Of a stretch of 32,000 nt of DNA, positions 10,992-19,769 are shown in pieces. The notes beneath the pieces were generated by a model. It did no database searches. It saw nothing but the letters and a program-made list of their open reading frames with translations, and was not told where the DNA came from. A program made the position numbers and the translations under genes. Within the stretch, counting starts at the first letter, position 1; each line of letters starts with the position of its first letter. The stretch spans positions 1,611,069 through 1,643,068 of the forward strand of contig NZ_CP118974.1 in the NCBI RefSeq assembly GCF_029024305.1, in the 5' to 3' direction. The DNA comes from Mammaliicoccus vitulinus. GTDB taxonomy: Bacteria; Bacillota; Bacilli; Staphylococcales; Staphylococcaceae.

Positions 10992-11033
10992 GAGACAAAT
11001 CAGAAATGATGTTACACATTTCTGATTTGTCTC
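10992..11033 (-). terminator. Strong hairpin terminator downstream of sdaAA
   Basis: Perfect 17-bp stem GAGACAAATCAGAAATG / CATTTCTGATTTGTCTC with an 8-nt loop and T-rich tracts on both sides. Confidence 0.8.
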
Positions 11034-11068
11034 AATATTTTTAAATGCTATTTATTTTTAAATACGTT

Positions 11069-11938
11069 CTAATTACCAAATATTTCTTGTTTTAATCTTT
11101 CACCAGTTGGCGTACCTGCTAAACCACCACGCCCTGTTTCACGTAGAGCAGATGGCATTGTTTGACCAATTTTATACATTGCTTCTATTACTTCGTCAGT
11201 AGGAATTCTTGATTTTACGCCTGCTAACGCCATATCAGCTGAAATAATTGCATTTGAAGCACCTGCTGCATTTCTTTTCACACATGGTACTTCAACTAAA
11301 CCTGCCACTGGATCACAAACAAGTCCAAGCATATTTTTCAAACTAATTGCAAATGCTTCTGCAGATTGTTGAGGTGATCCTCCTGCCATTTCCACAGTTG
11401 CAGCTGCACTCATAGCTGCCGCAGAACCAACTTCTGCCTGACAACCACCTGCTGCACCTGAAATAGATGCATTATTTGCAACAACAAAGCCAAAAGCGCC
11501 AGTTGTAAATAAGAAATGAATCATATCTTCCCTAGACGGATTCAATCTTTTTTTAAGTGCAAATAATACGCCAGGTGCTACGCCAGCTGAACCTGCTGTT
11601 GGTGTTGCACATATTTTACCCATTGCAGCATTAACCTCGTTCGTCGCTACAGCTTTACTTACAGCATCAATCATTAAATCTCCTGAAAGTGATTGACCAC
11701 TTTCTAAATATTTCTGTAACAATACAGCATCCATACCTGTTAACCCTGTCGTAGATGTAACACCGTTTATGCCACGCTCTATCGCTTTTTCCATTGTATC
11801 TAGATTACGTTCCATATTTTGATAAATTTCTTCTTTGGAGAGCTTAGAAACGCGCATTTCTTGCTCAATCATGACTTCGTAAATTTTTTTGTTCTCTCGT
11901 TCACAAATTTCTATAAGTTCTTTCACACTTTGAAACAT
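11069..11938 (-). CDS. sdaAA: L-serine dehydratase, alpha subunit
   Basis: Typical iron-sulfur L-serine ammonia-lyase alpha chain (GKICATPTAGSAG, SGAAGGCQAEVGSAAAM, CDPVAGLVEVPCVKRN). Paired with the beta subunit immediately upstream. Confidence 0.93.
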   Translation of the reverse strand: MFQSVKELIEICERENKKIYEVMIEQEMRVSKLSKEEIYQNMERNLDTMEKAIERGINGVTSTTGLTGMDAVLLQKYLESGQSLSGDLMIDAVSKAVATNEVNAAMGKICATPTAGSAGVAPGVLFALKKRLNPSREDMIHFLFTTGAFGFVVANNASISGAAGGCQAEVGSAAAMSAAATVEMAGGSPQQSAEAFAISLKNMLGLVCDPVAGLVEVPCVKRNAAGASNAIISADMALAGVKSRIPTDEVIEAMYKIGQTMPSALRETGRGGLAGTPTGERLKQEIFGN

Positions 11939-11954
11939 GATAATCCTCCTTTTA

Positions 11955-12620
11955 TTAGTCCCCCATTAATGACACTGTTTGTACACCATCGATTTCTTTA
12001 ATCTTCCCTAAAACTTCTTGCGGTATATCATCATCTAATTCACAAGTCATCAAAGCAAGTTCACCCTTCTCTTTACGAGCAACTTGCATGCTTCCAACAT
12101 TAATTTGATAATCACCGAAAATATTTGTAACTTTTCCGATTGTGCCAAATGTATCTTTATGAAACACAAGTAACGCAGGATAATTCCCACTAATAGCTAT
12201 TTGGAAACCGTTTATTGCAACGATTTCTACTTTACCGCCACCAATTGATATACCTTCTACGGAAATTTCCATTTCTTTATTTCTCATACTGATAATTGCA
12301 GTATTAGGATGTGATCTTTCCTCGAACATTTCGATAAAGTTTACATCTATGTCTCGTTGTTCTGCCTCTTGTAAGCTCGTCTTAATTCTGTCGTCATCGG
12401 TATCATAACCTAATATGCCACCAACAAGTGCAACATCTGTCCCATGTCCTTTGTATGTTTCCATAAAAGAACCATACAAATAAATATCTATATGATCTGG
12501 TTTTCCATCAAATAGCCCTCTGGCTATCAATCCAATTCTAACTGCTCCAGCAGTATGTGATGAAGATGGTCCAACCATAACTGGACCTATAATGTCAAAG
12601 ACACTTCTATATTTCATCAT
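11955..12620 (-). CDS. sdaAB: L-serine dehydratase, beta subunit
   Basis: MKYRSVFDIIGPVMVGPSSSHTAGA is the typical beta-chain N-terminus, with a C-terminal ACT-like domain. The upstream extension in the track (to 12650) has no support. Tandem ATG ATG at 12620/12617. Confidence 0.9.
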   Translation of the reverse strand: MMKYRSVFDIIGPVMVGPSSSHTAGAVRIGLIARGLFDGKPDHIDIYLYGSFMETYKGHGTDVALVGGILGYDTDDDRIKTSLQEAEQRDIDVNFIEMFEERSHPNTAIISMRNKEMEISVEGISIGGGKVEIVAINGFQIAISGNYPALLVFHKDTFGTIGKVTNIFGDYQINVGSMQVARKEKGELALMTCELDDDIPQEVLGKIKEIDGVQTVSLMGD

Positions 12621-12695
12621 AATCACTCGCTTCTCTTTTAATTTCACCATACTATTATAACAACTATAACAAGTTTTGTAAGCGTTTTAAAATAT

Positions 12696-12730
12696 AAAAA
12701 ACAACAACGTGTTTAACATTGTTGTTTTTT
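12696..12730 (-). terminator. Rho-independent terminator downstream of fakA
   Basis: AAAAAACAACAA...TTGTTGTTTTTT inverted repeat (core ACAACAA/TTGTTGT plus A/T extension) with an 11-nt loop and a T-run on the minus strand. Confidence 0.65.
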
Positions 12731-12741
12731 ATCATATAAGA

Positions 12742-14391
12742 TTATTCTACAGAGAATAGAAATGAATAAATTGGTTGATCTCCTTGATGAACTTCTACTT
12801 CAACTTCTTCATAGTTTTCTTCAACGTATGATGCTAATTGAGCAACTTCTTTATCAGTCGCATCTTCACCTTTTATAATTGTAAGAATCTCACTATCTTC
12901 ATCGATCATTTCATCGATTAATTTTTTGCTTACTGAAAGGTGATCAGCGTCACTTACTTTAATACTACTTTCGTGTATACCCATGAATTCGCCTTTTTTA
13001 ATTGTGATTCCATCAATATTTGTATCTCGGACCGCATAAGTTACAGAACCAGATTTAACAAAACTCATCGCTTCTTCCATTTGAGCTTTATTTTCTTCAA
13101 TAGATTGTTCCAAGTTAAGATTCAGCATAGCTGAAAGTCCTTGTGAAACTGTTTTTGAAGTAACAACAGCTACTGGAATATCAACTAAATGTTCTACTTG
13201 CTCAGCTGCCATAATAATATTTTTATTATTTGGTAATATAATTGCATTTTTACAACCAGATTGTTTAACAACTTTTACAATATCTTCTGTTGATGGGTTC
13301 ATAGTTTGACCACCGCTTATTACATGTGTAGCTCCGAGTGATTTGAATAATTTAGTTATCCCTTCACCCATAGAAATTGTAATAATAGCAGTTTCTATAT
13401 CTTCTTGCTGTTCTTGTTTTATTTTCTTGTCTGCGCTTTTTCTTAGTACTTCTCTATGTTGTTCGCGCATATTTTCAATTTTAATTTTAATAAGTTCACC
13501 GTATTGACTGCCATATGTAAGCACTTCTCCCGGTGTTTCTGAGTGAACATGAATTTTAACGATTTCATCATCTGAAATGACGAGCAATGAATCACCGAAT
13601 TGGCTCATGTCTTCTCTAAATTGATCTTCATCGAAAGGCTTTTTATCTTTACCAAAACGAACCATAATTTCTGTACAATAACCATACACAATATCTTCAG
13701 TATCCATAACGCCACCAAAGTCATGATCATCGTTTATAAATTCGTCTGTATCAACTTTTTCTTTATTTGGTTCGATTTTTTCACCTTTTAAAGCTGCTAG
13801 GAATCCTTCGTATACAAACATCAAGCCTTGACCACCACTGTCAACTACACCTACTTCTTTAAGAACAGGTAATTGATTTGGTGTATTCTCTAATGCTTTT
13901 TGTCCTTGTTCGATAACTGCTTCCATAATTGTCATGATATCATCTGTAGTTTCAGAAGATTTCACTGCTGCTTCCCCAGCAACTCTTGCAACTGTTAAAA
14001 TAGTACCTTCAACTGGTTTCATTACAGCTTTATAAGCAGTGTTTACACCTGATTGAAATGCTTTAGCGAATTGTTTAGCATCTATTTCATGCTCGTTCTC
14101 GATTGATTTTGAGAACCCTCTAAATAATTGAGATAAGATAACACCTGAGTTACCTCTCGCTCCCATTAATAAACCTTTAGAAAATACTTTACCTACTTCA
14201 CCTATATGCGCGCTATTTTGAGATTTAATCTCCGCTGCACCAGATGACATAGATAAATTCATATTTGTTCCTGTATCTCCATCTGGAACTGGAAATACGT
14301 TTAAAGAATCTACAAAATCTGCATTGTTTGATAAACTGTCTGATCCTTGAACGATCATGTCAGCAAACAATTTGCCGTCAATCTTTTTCAT
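12742..14391 (-). CDS. fakA: Fatty acid kinase FakA (DAK2-domain protein, YloV/VfrB family)
   Basis: The Dak2 phosphate-binding motif DGDTGTNM lies near the N-terminus. At 549 aa it is collinear with the YloV/FakA family and follows the Asp23-like gene as in Bacillus and Staphylococcus. Confidence 0.92.
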   Translation of the reverse strand: MKKIDGKLFADMIVQGSDSLSNNADFVDSLNVFPVPDGDTGTNMNLSMSSGAAEIKSQNSAHIGEVGKVFSKGLLMGARGNSGVILSQLFRGFSKSIENEHEIDAKQFAKAFQSGVNTAYKAVMKPVEGTILTVARVAGEAAVKSSETTDDIMTIMEAVIEQGQKALENTPNQLPVLKEVGVVDSGGQGLMFVYEGFLAALKGEKIEPNKEKVDTDEFINDDHDFGGVMDTEDIVYGYCTEIMVRFGKDKKPFDEDQFREDMSQFGDSLLVISDDEIVKIHVHSETPGEVLTYGSQYGELIKIKIENMREQHREVLRKSADKKIKQEQQEDIETAIITISMGEGITKLFKSLGATHVISGGQTMNPSTEDIVKVVKQSGCKNAIILPNNKNIIMAAEQVEHLVDIPVAVVTSKTVSQGLSAMLNLNLEQSIEENKAQMEEAMSFVKSGSVTYAVRDTNIDGITIKKGEFMGIHESSIKVSDADHLSVSKKLIDEMIDEDSEILTIIKGEDATDKEVAQLASYVEENYEEVEVEVHQGDQPIYSFLFSVE

Positions 14392-14406
14392 ACTCTAATT
14401 GCCTCC

Positions 14407-14781
14407 CTATGCTTCCTCATCATCATTAATAACTCTAACACCTTGGATATATATGTTTACTGCGTTGACTTTTAAATTTAATGATTGTTCTAAAGTATAT
14501 TTAACAGCAGATTGGACATTGTTTGCTATTTCTGAGATTTTCGTACCATAACTCACAATTATATACATATCTACATCAAGAACACCTTCATTTTGAGATA
14601 CTATAACACCTTTGGCATAATTGTCACGTCCTAGAATTTCAGCTATTCCATCTCTAACTTGGTGTTTACTTGCCATTCCTACGATACCATAACATTCTAC
14701 GGCAGCACCGCCTGCAAGTGTTGCAATAACATCATTCGAAATATCGATACTTCCATACTCATTCGTAATTTCTAAAGTCAT
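14407..14781 (-). CDS. Asp23/Gls24-family alkaline shock protein (YloU-like)
   Basis: Family-typical sequence IDISNDVIATLAGGAAVECYGIVGMAS...VDMYIIVSYGTKISEIANNVQSAVKYTLE. AGGAGGGA lies 7 nt upstream of the ATG at 14781 (MTLEITNE). The track extension to 14802 is rejected. Confidence 0.9.
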   Translation of the reverse strand: MTLEITNEYGSIDISNDVIATLAGGAAVECYGIVGMASKHQVRDGIAEILGRDNYAKGVIVSQNEGVLDVDMYIIVSYGTKISEIANNVQSAVKYTLEQSLNLKVNAVNIYIQGVRVINDDEEA

Positions 14782-15006
14782 GATTACGTCCCTCCTACAC
14801 ATCTAAGTTTATAAATTATTATTTTTACTTTTATATGTTCTGTTTAATTATACTTAATATCACATTCACATCGCAAGAATTCATCATTTTAACCACGTTA
14901 TTTTATATAACGTTTTCACAAGATATTATTATAACAAATAAATCCAACTTTAAAACACTTTTCACGAAATTTGTTATTATTTTTTCTGTTTTTTTAAAAA
15001 TATACG

Positions 15007-15035
15007 TTGAATAAATCATAAGTGCATGGTATATT
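15007..15035 (+). promoter_or_regulatory. Putative sigma-A promoter for rpmB (extended -10)
   Basis: TTGAAT, a 17-nt spacer, then TATATT, with TGG immediately upstream of the -10 element. About 58 nt upstream of the rpmB ATG. Confidence 0.5.
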
Positions 15036-15093
15036 ATTAAAGTGTGTAAACGTAAATAAATGTGTATTTATATTTCATTAAAGGAGGATATTT

Positions 15094-15282
15094 ATGGCTA
15101 AAGAATGTTTCGTTACAGGTCGTAAAGCTAGAACGGGTAATAATCGTTCTCACGCATTAAATGCTAGCAAACGTCGTTGGAACGCTAACTTACAAAAAGT
15201 TAGAATTTTAGTTGACGGTAAGCCTAAACGTGTATGGGTTTCAGCTCGTGCGCTTAAATCAGGTAAAGTTACGCGCGTTTAA
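15094..15282 (+). CDS. rpmB: 50S ribosomal protein L28
   Basis: [59 protein letters not shown] is canonical L28. SD AAAGGAGGA precedes the ATG. Confidence 0.97.
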   Translation: MAKECFVTGRKARTGNNRSHALNASKRRWNANLQKVRILVDGKPKRVWVSARALKSGKVTRV

Positions 15283-15304
15283 TGAATATAAGTCACATAT
15301 AGTA

Positions 15305-15338
15305 AAGAGAACCTTTGTGTGGAAGGTTCTCTTTTTTT
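15305..15338. terminator. Bidirectional terminator shared by rpmB (+) and thiamine pyrophosphokinase (-)
   Basis: AAGAGAACCTT-TGTGTGG-AAGGTTCTCTT (11-bp stem) followed by T7 on the plus strand. Lies between the convergent rpmB and thiN stops. Confidence 0.85.
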
Positions 15339-15978
15339 ATTTATCTTTACTTTGAATCATCAAAATATTTCCAAGCTCTACCGTTACTAAAGGTTGGTCG
15401 TACCCTTCTTTAAATTCATTACTAATTGTTAAAGTCGAACCTTGTTCCAAAGTAGTATACGGCAATTCATATTTAAATTCATCCAATTTTATACGGATAT
15501 TGGTATTTAAAGGAATAAAAGAAACATATTTCATACCTTCAACTTGCGATATTCTATGACTACCAGGTTTCAACACAGTAATCTCATTTTGAGAATCAAT
15601 CAGCGATATTTTAATATCCTCCGCTAAAAATTCTGGCTTAGTTAATATTTGAACAGCTCCCATAAAATGGTCCAATCGACCACCAGTCGCGCCATATATT
15701 CTAATTTCATCATAACCTAATTCAACTGCAAGATTAACGGCTAATGCTAAGTCTGTATCATCTTTTTCTTTTTTGACTGGGTCAATTTCAATCTGTTTTT
15801 TGATTTGATGCAACTCTTCATTTGTAACTGAGTCAAAATCACCAACTGCCGCTATCGGCATTATTTGATGGTTTAATAGTTCTAATGTACCTCTATCTAC
15901 GCCTATCCAGTCATTTTGTTGTTCTTGAAGAACATCCTTATCTACATTACGTAAACTACATAATAAATTCACTTTCAA
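15337..15978 (-). CDS. thiN: Thiamine pyrophosphokinase
   Basis: DFDS and GATGGRLDH motifs of TPK, plus a C-terminal thiamine-binding beta domain. TTG start at 15978, preceded by AAGGGTGA inside the rpe 3' end. Conserved position after rpe. Confidence 0.88.
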   Translation of the reverse strand: MKVNLLCSLRNVDKDVLQEQQNDWIGVDRGTLELLNHQIMPIAAVGDFDSVTNEELHQIKKQIEIDPVKKEKDDTDLALAVNLAVELGYDEIRIYGATGGRLDHFMGAVQILTKPEFLAEDIKISLIDSQNEITVLKPGSHRISQVEGMKYVSFIPLNTNIRIKLDEFKYELPYTTLEQGSTLTISNEFKEGYDQPLVTVELGNILMIQSKDK

Positions 15979-15980
15979 TA

Positions 15981-16628
15981 TTATTCACCCTTTAATTTAC
16001 GAACTGGTTCATTATAATCATCATGATTGAAATAATATGATCCAGCTACTAAAATATCTGCGCCTTGATCTACGCATAATTTCCCTGTTTGATCGTTTAT
16101 ACCACCATCTACTTCTATTTCAAAGCTTAAGTTGTTATTTTTTCTGAAATGATCTAACCAAGTAATTTTATCTAATGTAGAATCGATAAATCCTTGTCCA
16201 CCAAAGCCAGGATTAACGGTCATAATAAGTACAAAGTCTACATCTTGCAGAATTTGAGATAATGACTCTACTGGAGTACCTGGATTAATAACAACGCCTG
16301 CTAATTTATCGTGAGACTTTATTTGTTGGATTGCTCTATGAATATGGTTTGTTGCTTCATAATGTACTGATACCATATCACTTCCAGCTTCACAGAATAA
16401 ATCTATCATTTGTTCAGGATTTTCAATCATTAGATGCGTATCAATCGTCATGTCTGTTACTTTTCTTAATGATTCTAAAATGGGTAAACCTACAGAAATA
16501 TTAGGGACGAATTGACCGTCCATTACATCAAAGTGTAATAAATCCGCTCCAGATTCACGCACACTCGTAACTTCTTCTTTTAATATTGCAAAATCACACG
16601 CTAAAAGTGAAGGTGCTATTTTTACCAT
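15981..16628 (-). CDS. rpe: Ribulose-phosphate 3-epimerase
   Basis: MVKIAPSLLACDF...LHFDVMDGQFVPN...HLM...MTVNPGFGGQ...VDGGI are the typical RPE TIM-barrel motifs. Confidence 0.95.
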   Translation of the reverse strand: MVKIAPSLLACDFAILKEEVTSVRESGADLLHFDVMDGQFVPNISVGLPILESLRKVTDMTIDTHLMIENPEQMIDLFCEAGSDMVSVHYEATNHIHRAIQQIKSHDKLAGVVINPGTPVESLSQILQDVDFVLIMTVNPGFGGQGFIDSTLDKITWLDHFRKNNNLSFEIEVDGGINDQTGKLCVDQGADILVAGSYYFNHDDYNEPVRKLKGE

Positions 16629-17503
16629 TAATATCTTACCTTTCTATTTTGTATTTCTTCAAACAGTGTTAAATAATGCTTATATCTCAATTTATAAAAT
16701 TCTTTTTCTTCTATTAATGCTTTCACAGCACATTTCGGTTCGTTAATGTGTGTGCAATTTCTAAATTTACATTCTGATTTAATCGATTCAAACTCTGGAA
16801 ATAAATTAGCGAGTTCTTCTTTTTCTATATGAGAAAAATCTAACGCACTAAAACCAGGTGTATCCGCTAAATAACCGTCTTCCATTTCATATAGTTCAAC
16901 ATGCCTTGTCGTATGTTTCCCTCTATTAAGTGCTTTGGAAATTTTATTTGTTTCCAAATTCAAATCTTTAAATAGTCGATTCATAATTGTTGATTTACCG
17001 ACACCAGATTGTCCACTTAATACAATAATGCCTTTAATTAATGGTTTTATAGATTGTGTTAAGTCATCTTCATTTCCAACAAATAATGTCTCATAACCTA
17101 TAGTTTCGTAATCCTTTAATATTTCTTGAACTTTATTAATTTCAGAATCGTTAGCTAAGTCTTTTTTAGTCACACATATTATAGGTGTGATCTTGTATGA
17201 GTGAACGACGACTAAGAAACGATCTAACAATTGTTGACTAAATTCAGGTTCAATAGCACTTATTACGACAATAACTTTATCTATATTAGACACAGGAGGT
17301 CTTAACAACATATTTTCTCTTTCGTGTATATGATGAATGTAGCCTCCAGTTTCATTTTCAACTTGAAAATCTACCATATCTCCCACTACTGGAGATGTTT
17401 TTCTTTTACGAAATAAACCTCTCGCTTTCGTAATATAAACACCATCACTAGTCTGAACTGAGTAATCACCACTAATTGATTTAATTATACGACCAGTTTT
17501 CAA
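16628..17503 (-). CDS. rsgA: Ribosome small-subunit biogenesis GTPase RsgA (YloQ/CpgA)
   Basis: Circularly permuted GTPase: the TKKD G4 motif precedes the P-loop GQSGVGKST. C-terminal zinc knuckle CKFRNCTHINEPKCAV. TTG start preceded by GAGGTAGGTG. Confidence 0.93.
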   Translation of the reverse strand: MKTGRIIKSISGDYSVQTSDGVYITKARGLFRKRKTSPVVGDMVDFQVENETGGYIHHIHERENMLLRPPVSNIDKVIVVISAIEPEFSQQLLDRFLVVVHSYKITPIICVTKKDLANDSEINKVQEILKDYETIGYETLFVGNEDDLTQSIKPLIKGIIVLSGQSGVGKSTIMNRLFKDLNLETNKISKALNRGKHTTRHVELYEMEDGYLADTPGFSALDFSHIEKEELANLFPEFESIKSECKFRNCTHINEPKCAVKALIEEKEFYKLRYKHYLTLFEEIQNRKVRY

Positions 17504-17529
17504 TATAACACCTACCTCACTTTATTTTA

Positions 17530-17538
17530 ATTATACCA
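17530..17538 (-). promoter_or_regulatory. Possible extended -10 promoter element for rsgA
   Basis: Minus strand reads TGGTATAAT (TGn + TATAAT) within the 58-bp gap between the kinase stop and the rsgA start. No convincing -35 element. Confidence 0.3.
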
Positions 17539-17561
17539 AATGACAATCCATTTATACTACT

Positions 17562-18947
17562 TTACTCATCATGTTCGAATAATATTGTAACTTTCGTACC
17601 TTCATCAAGCACGCTTTCAAAGAATATTTGAGCATTATGATGCTCGATAATAGAATCCACTATCGATAGGCCAAGACCATTGCTATCAACATGTACATTA
17701 TGCGATTGATCACCTTTATAAAATCTATCTCTAATTTGGCTTAACTGCTTTTGCGTCATACCATATCCTTCATCTATGAATGATACGTTGATGAATCCAT
17801 CTTGCTTAGAAACGTTAATTTGAATCATGCTATATTCAGGTGAATATTTAATAGCATTATTTAAAATGTTATAAAACGCCTGGTATAACAACTTATTGTT
17901 ACCTTGAATCGTTATTTCTTCCATATCAAAGACGATTGAAATTTCTTTATCATCTAACAAGTAATTTAAATTTCTTACGACTTCTTTTATCACTTTATCC
18001 AACTCGATCGACTCATTAAATGTAAGATGATCACTATTATCTAATTCTGATAATAATAATAACTGTTTCGTCAAATTGCTTAAACGATATGCTCTGCCGT
18101 ATATATCTTCAATAATTTGTACTCTTTTACTTTCGTTCTTTTCGTATTCAAGTTCCCTTAGCAAACTTAAAATCGATTGTAATGGTGATTTTATTTCATG
18201 AGATACATTTTGTACAAAAGATTGTCTCATCGTCTCAAGTTGCTTTAATTCATCTCTCATTTTGATGAATCTATGTTGTAAAATACCAATTTCATCATCT
18301 CTTGTTACTTTAATATCTACATCGAAGTCACCTTTACCTAATGACTCTGTCGTGTTCATCAATCTTCTAATTGGATTAGCAAGTGAATGACTTGAAAACA
18401 TGACTAATACTAAAGATATCACGACTAATAAAACAAGTAGAATCGCTAAAAATATTCTAAATTCACCAAGCATTGAACCTACGCTCGGTCTTAAAAATAA
18501 TGCATATTCAGAACCTTGATGGTTTATTTTCATGCCTACCGTATTTCTCGTTTCATTATCAAAAAAGCCAGTTATAAATATATTAAATGGACGTTCTTTT
18601 ATACCATGATATGTTTTGCCATTAAGTACTTTTTTAACGGACTTTTCATCTAAATTATATTTCCTAAAATGGTCACCATAATACGTTGATTCCATCTTAT
18701 CATCATATATGATTGCTTGATAATGAAGTTCACTCAAATGCTCTAAATATGTATCTAAGTTCATTTCATGATCATGATCTATATACTTCTGAACTTTCTT
18801 TAAAGTTTCCATCACTTTATAGTCATTTTTTTCTTTTAAGTCGATATGATAATAAATATTTGTCAATACAAACCCTAATATAGAACTCACTGTCATAACG
18901 ACAATCGTATATATTGTAATCCTTTGTGCTAAAGATTTAAACTTCAT
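17562..18947 (-). CDS. hssS: Sensor histidine kinase, HssS-like (heme sensor family)
   Basis: Two TM helices flank an extracytoplasmic domain of about 130 aa, followed by HAMP. H-box FVQNVSHEIKSPL, N box NNAIKYS, G boxes DEGYGM and GLGLSIV. Collinear and closely similar throughout to S. aureus HssS as I recall it (VLTN.YYH, YHGIK..PF...TGFFDN, LLLLSELDN). The start overlaps the regulator stop by 11 nt. Confidence 0.8.
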   Translation of the reverse strand: MKFKSLAQRITIYTIVVMTVSSILGFVLTNIYYHIDLKEKNDYKVMETLKKVQKYIDHDHEMNLDTYLEHLSELHYQAIIYDDKMESTYYGDHFRKYNLDEKSVKKVLNGKTYHGIKERPFNIFITGFFDNETRNTVGMKINHQGSEYALFLRPSVGSMLGEFRIFLAILLVLLVVISLVLVMFSSHSLANPIRRLMNTTESLGKGDFDVDIKVTRDDEIGILQHRFIKMRDELKQLETMRQSFVQNVSHEIKSPLQSILSLLRELEYEKNESKRVQIIEDIYGRAYRLSNLTKQLLLLSELDNSDHLTFNESIELDKVIKEVVRNLNYLLDDKEISIVFDMEEITIQGNNKLLYQAFYNILNNAIKYSPEYSMIQINVSKQDGFINVSFIDEGYGMTQKQLSQIRDRFYKGDQSHNVHVDSNGLGLSIVDSIIEHHNAQIFFESVLDEGTKVTILFEHDE

Positions 18948-19617
18948 GCTCTAGCACCGCCTTGTATCCGACACCTCTCACAGTTTTAATCAAGACGTCA
19001 CTTTCTAATTTTTCTAATCGTTTTCTTAAACGCTTTATATGGACATCAAGCGTTCGTTCATCGCCTTCAAAATCTATTCCCCATACAACTTCAATAATTT
19101 TATCTCTTTGCATGACTTTATCTTTGTTTCTCATTAAATAATCCAATAAGGCAAATTCCTTTTTAGGTAAAAGCATTGATTTATTGTTAATCGTAATTTC
19201 CATATCAAATGAATTTACAAGTGTATTGCCTATTTTTAATTCGCTAGAAGAATTAATTTTAAACCTTCTTAAGACCGCTTTAATTCTAAAAATCAGCTCT
19301 TTCATTTCAAACGGTTTCGTGACGTAATCATCTGTCCCAGATAAGAATGCATTTTCTTTATCACTTAGTTCATCTCTAGCAGTTAGCATGATAACAGGTA
19401 TGTCAAAACTATCTTTAAGTGTTTTACACAATTCAAAGCCATTCATGCCAGGCATCATAATATCTACAACAGCAATATCTATATATTTATGTTCGACAAC
19501 TTCCATTGCTTCTTCGCCGCTTAGACTTGTTACAACATGTATATTTTCACGTTCGATTTCTCTTTTTAAATCGTTTAATATAAATCGATCATCATCAACT
19601 ACTAAGCAAGTTACCAT
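18937..19617 (-). CDS. hssR: OmpR-family response regulator, HssR-like
   Basis: Receiver domain (CLVVDDD, DIAVVDIMMPGMNGFELC, phospho-acceptor Asp context) plus a winged-helix domain (ERTLDVHIKRLRKRL...VRGVGYK). The stretch DIPVIMLTARDELSDKENAFLSGTDDYVTKPFEMKELIFRIKAVLRR is nearly identical to S. aureus HssR as I recall it. SD AGAGGTGA. Confidence 0.8.
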   Translation of the reverse strand: MVTCLVVDDDRFILNDLKREIERENIHVVTSLSGEEAMEVVEHKYIDIAVVDIMMPGMNGFELCKTLKDSFDIPVIMLTARDELSDKENAFLSGTDDYVTKPFEMKELIFRIKAVLRRFKINSSSELKIGNTLVNSFDMEITINNKSMLLPKKEFALLDYLMRNKDKVMQRDKIIEVVWGIDFEGDERTLDVHIKRLRKRLEKLESDVLIKTVRGVGYKAVLEHEV

Positions 19618-19695
19618 GTTATCACCTCTTTCTATTATGATACCAAATTAGCGGTATATTTATTACAAAAAACTCAAATCTTCTACTCATCAATA

Positions 19696-19735
19696 TAAAA
19701 AAGGCTGCCAACAAGTTATATTTTTGTTGGCAGCC
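19696..19735 (-). terminator. Strong rho-independent terminator downstream of the P450 gene
   Basis: Perfect 12-bp stem GGCTGCCAACAA / TTGTTGGCAGCC with a 9-nt loop, followed on the minus strand by T6. It separates the P450 operon from the two-component system. Confidence 0.85.
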
Positions 19736-19769
19736 CGTTTCATTTAACTATTAAAATAACATAAAATGA

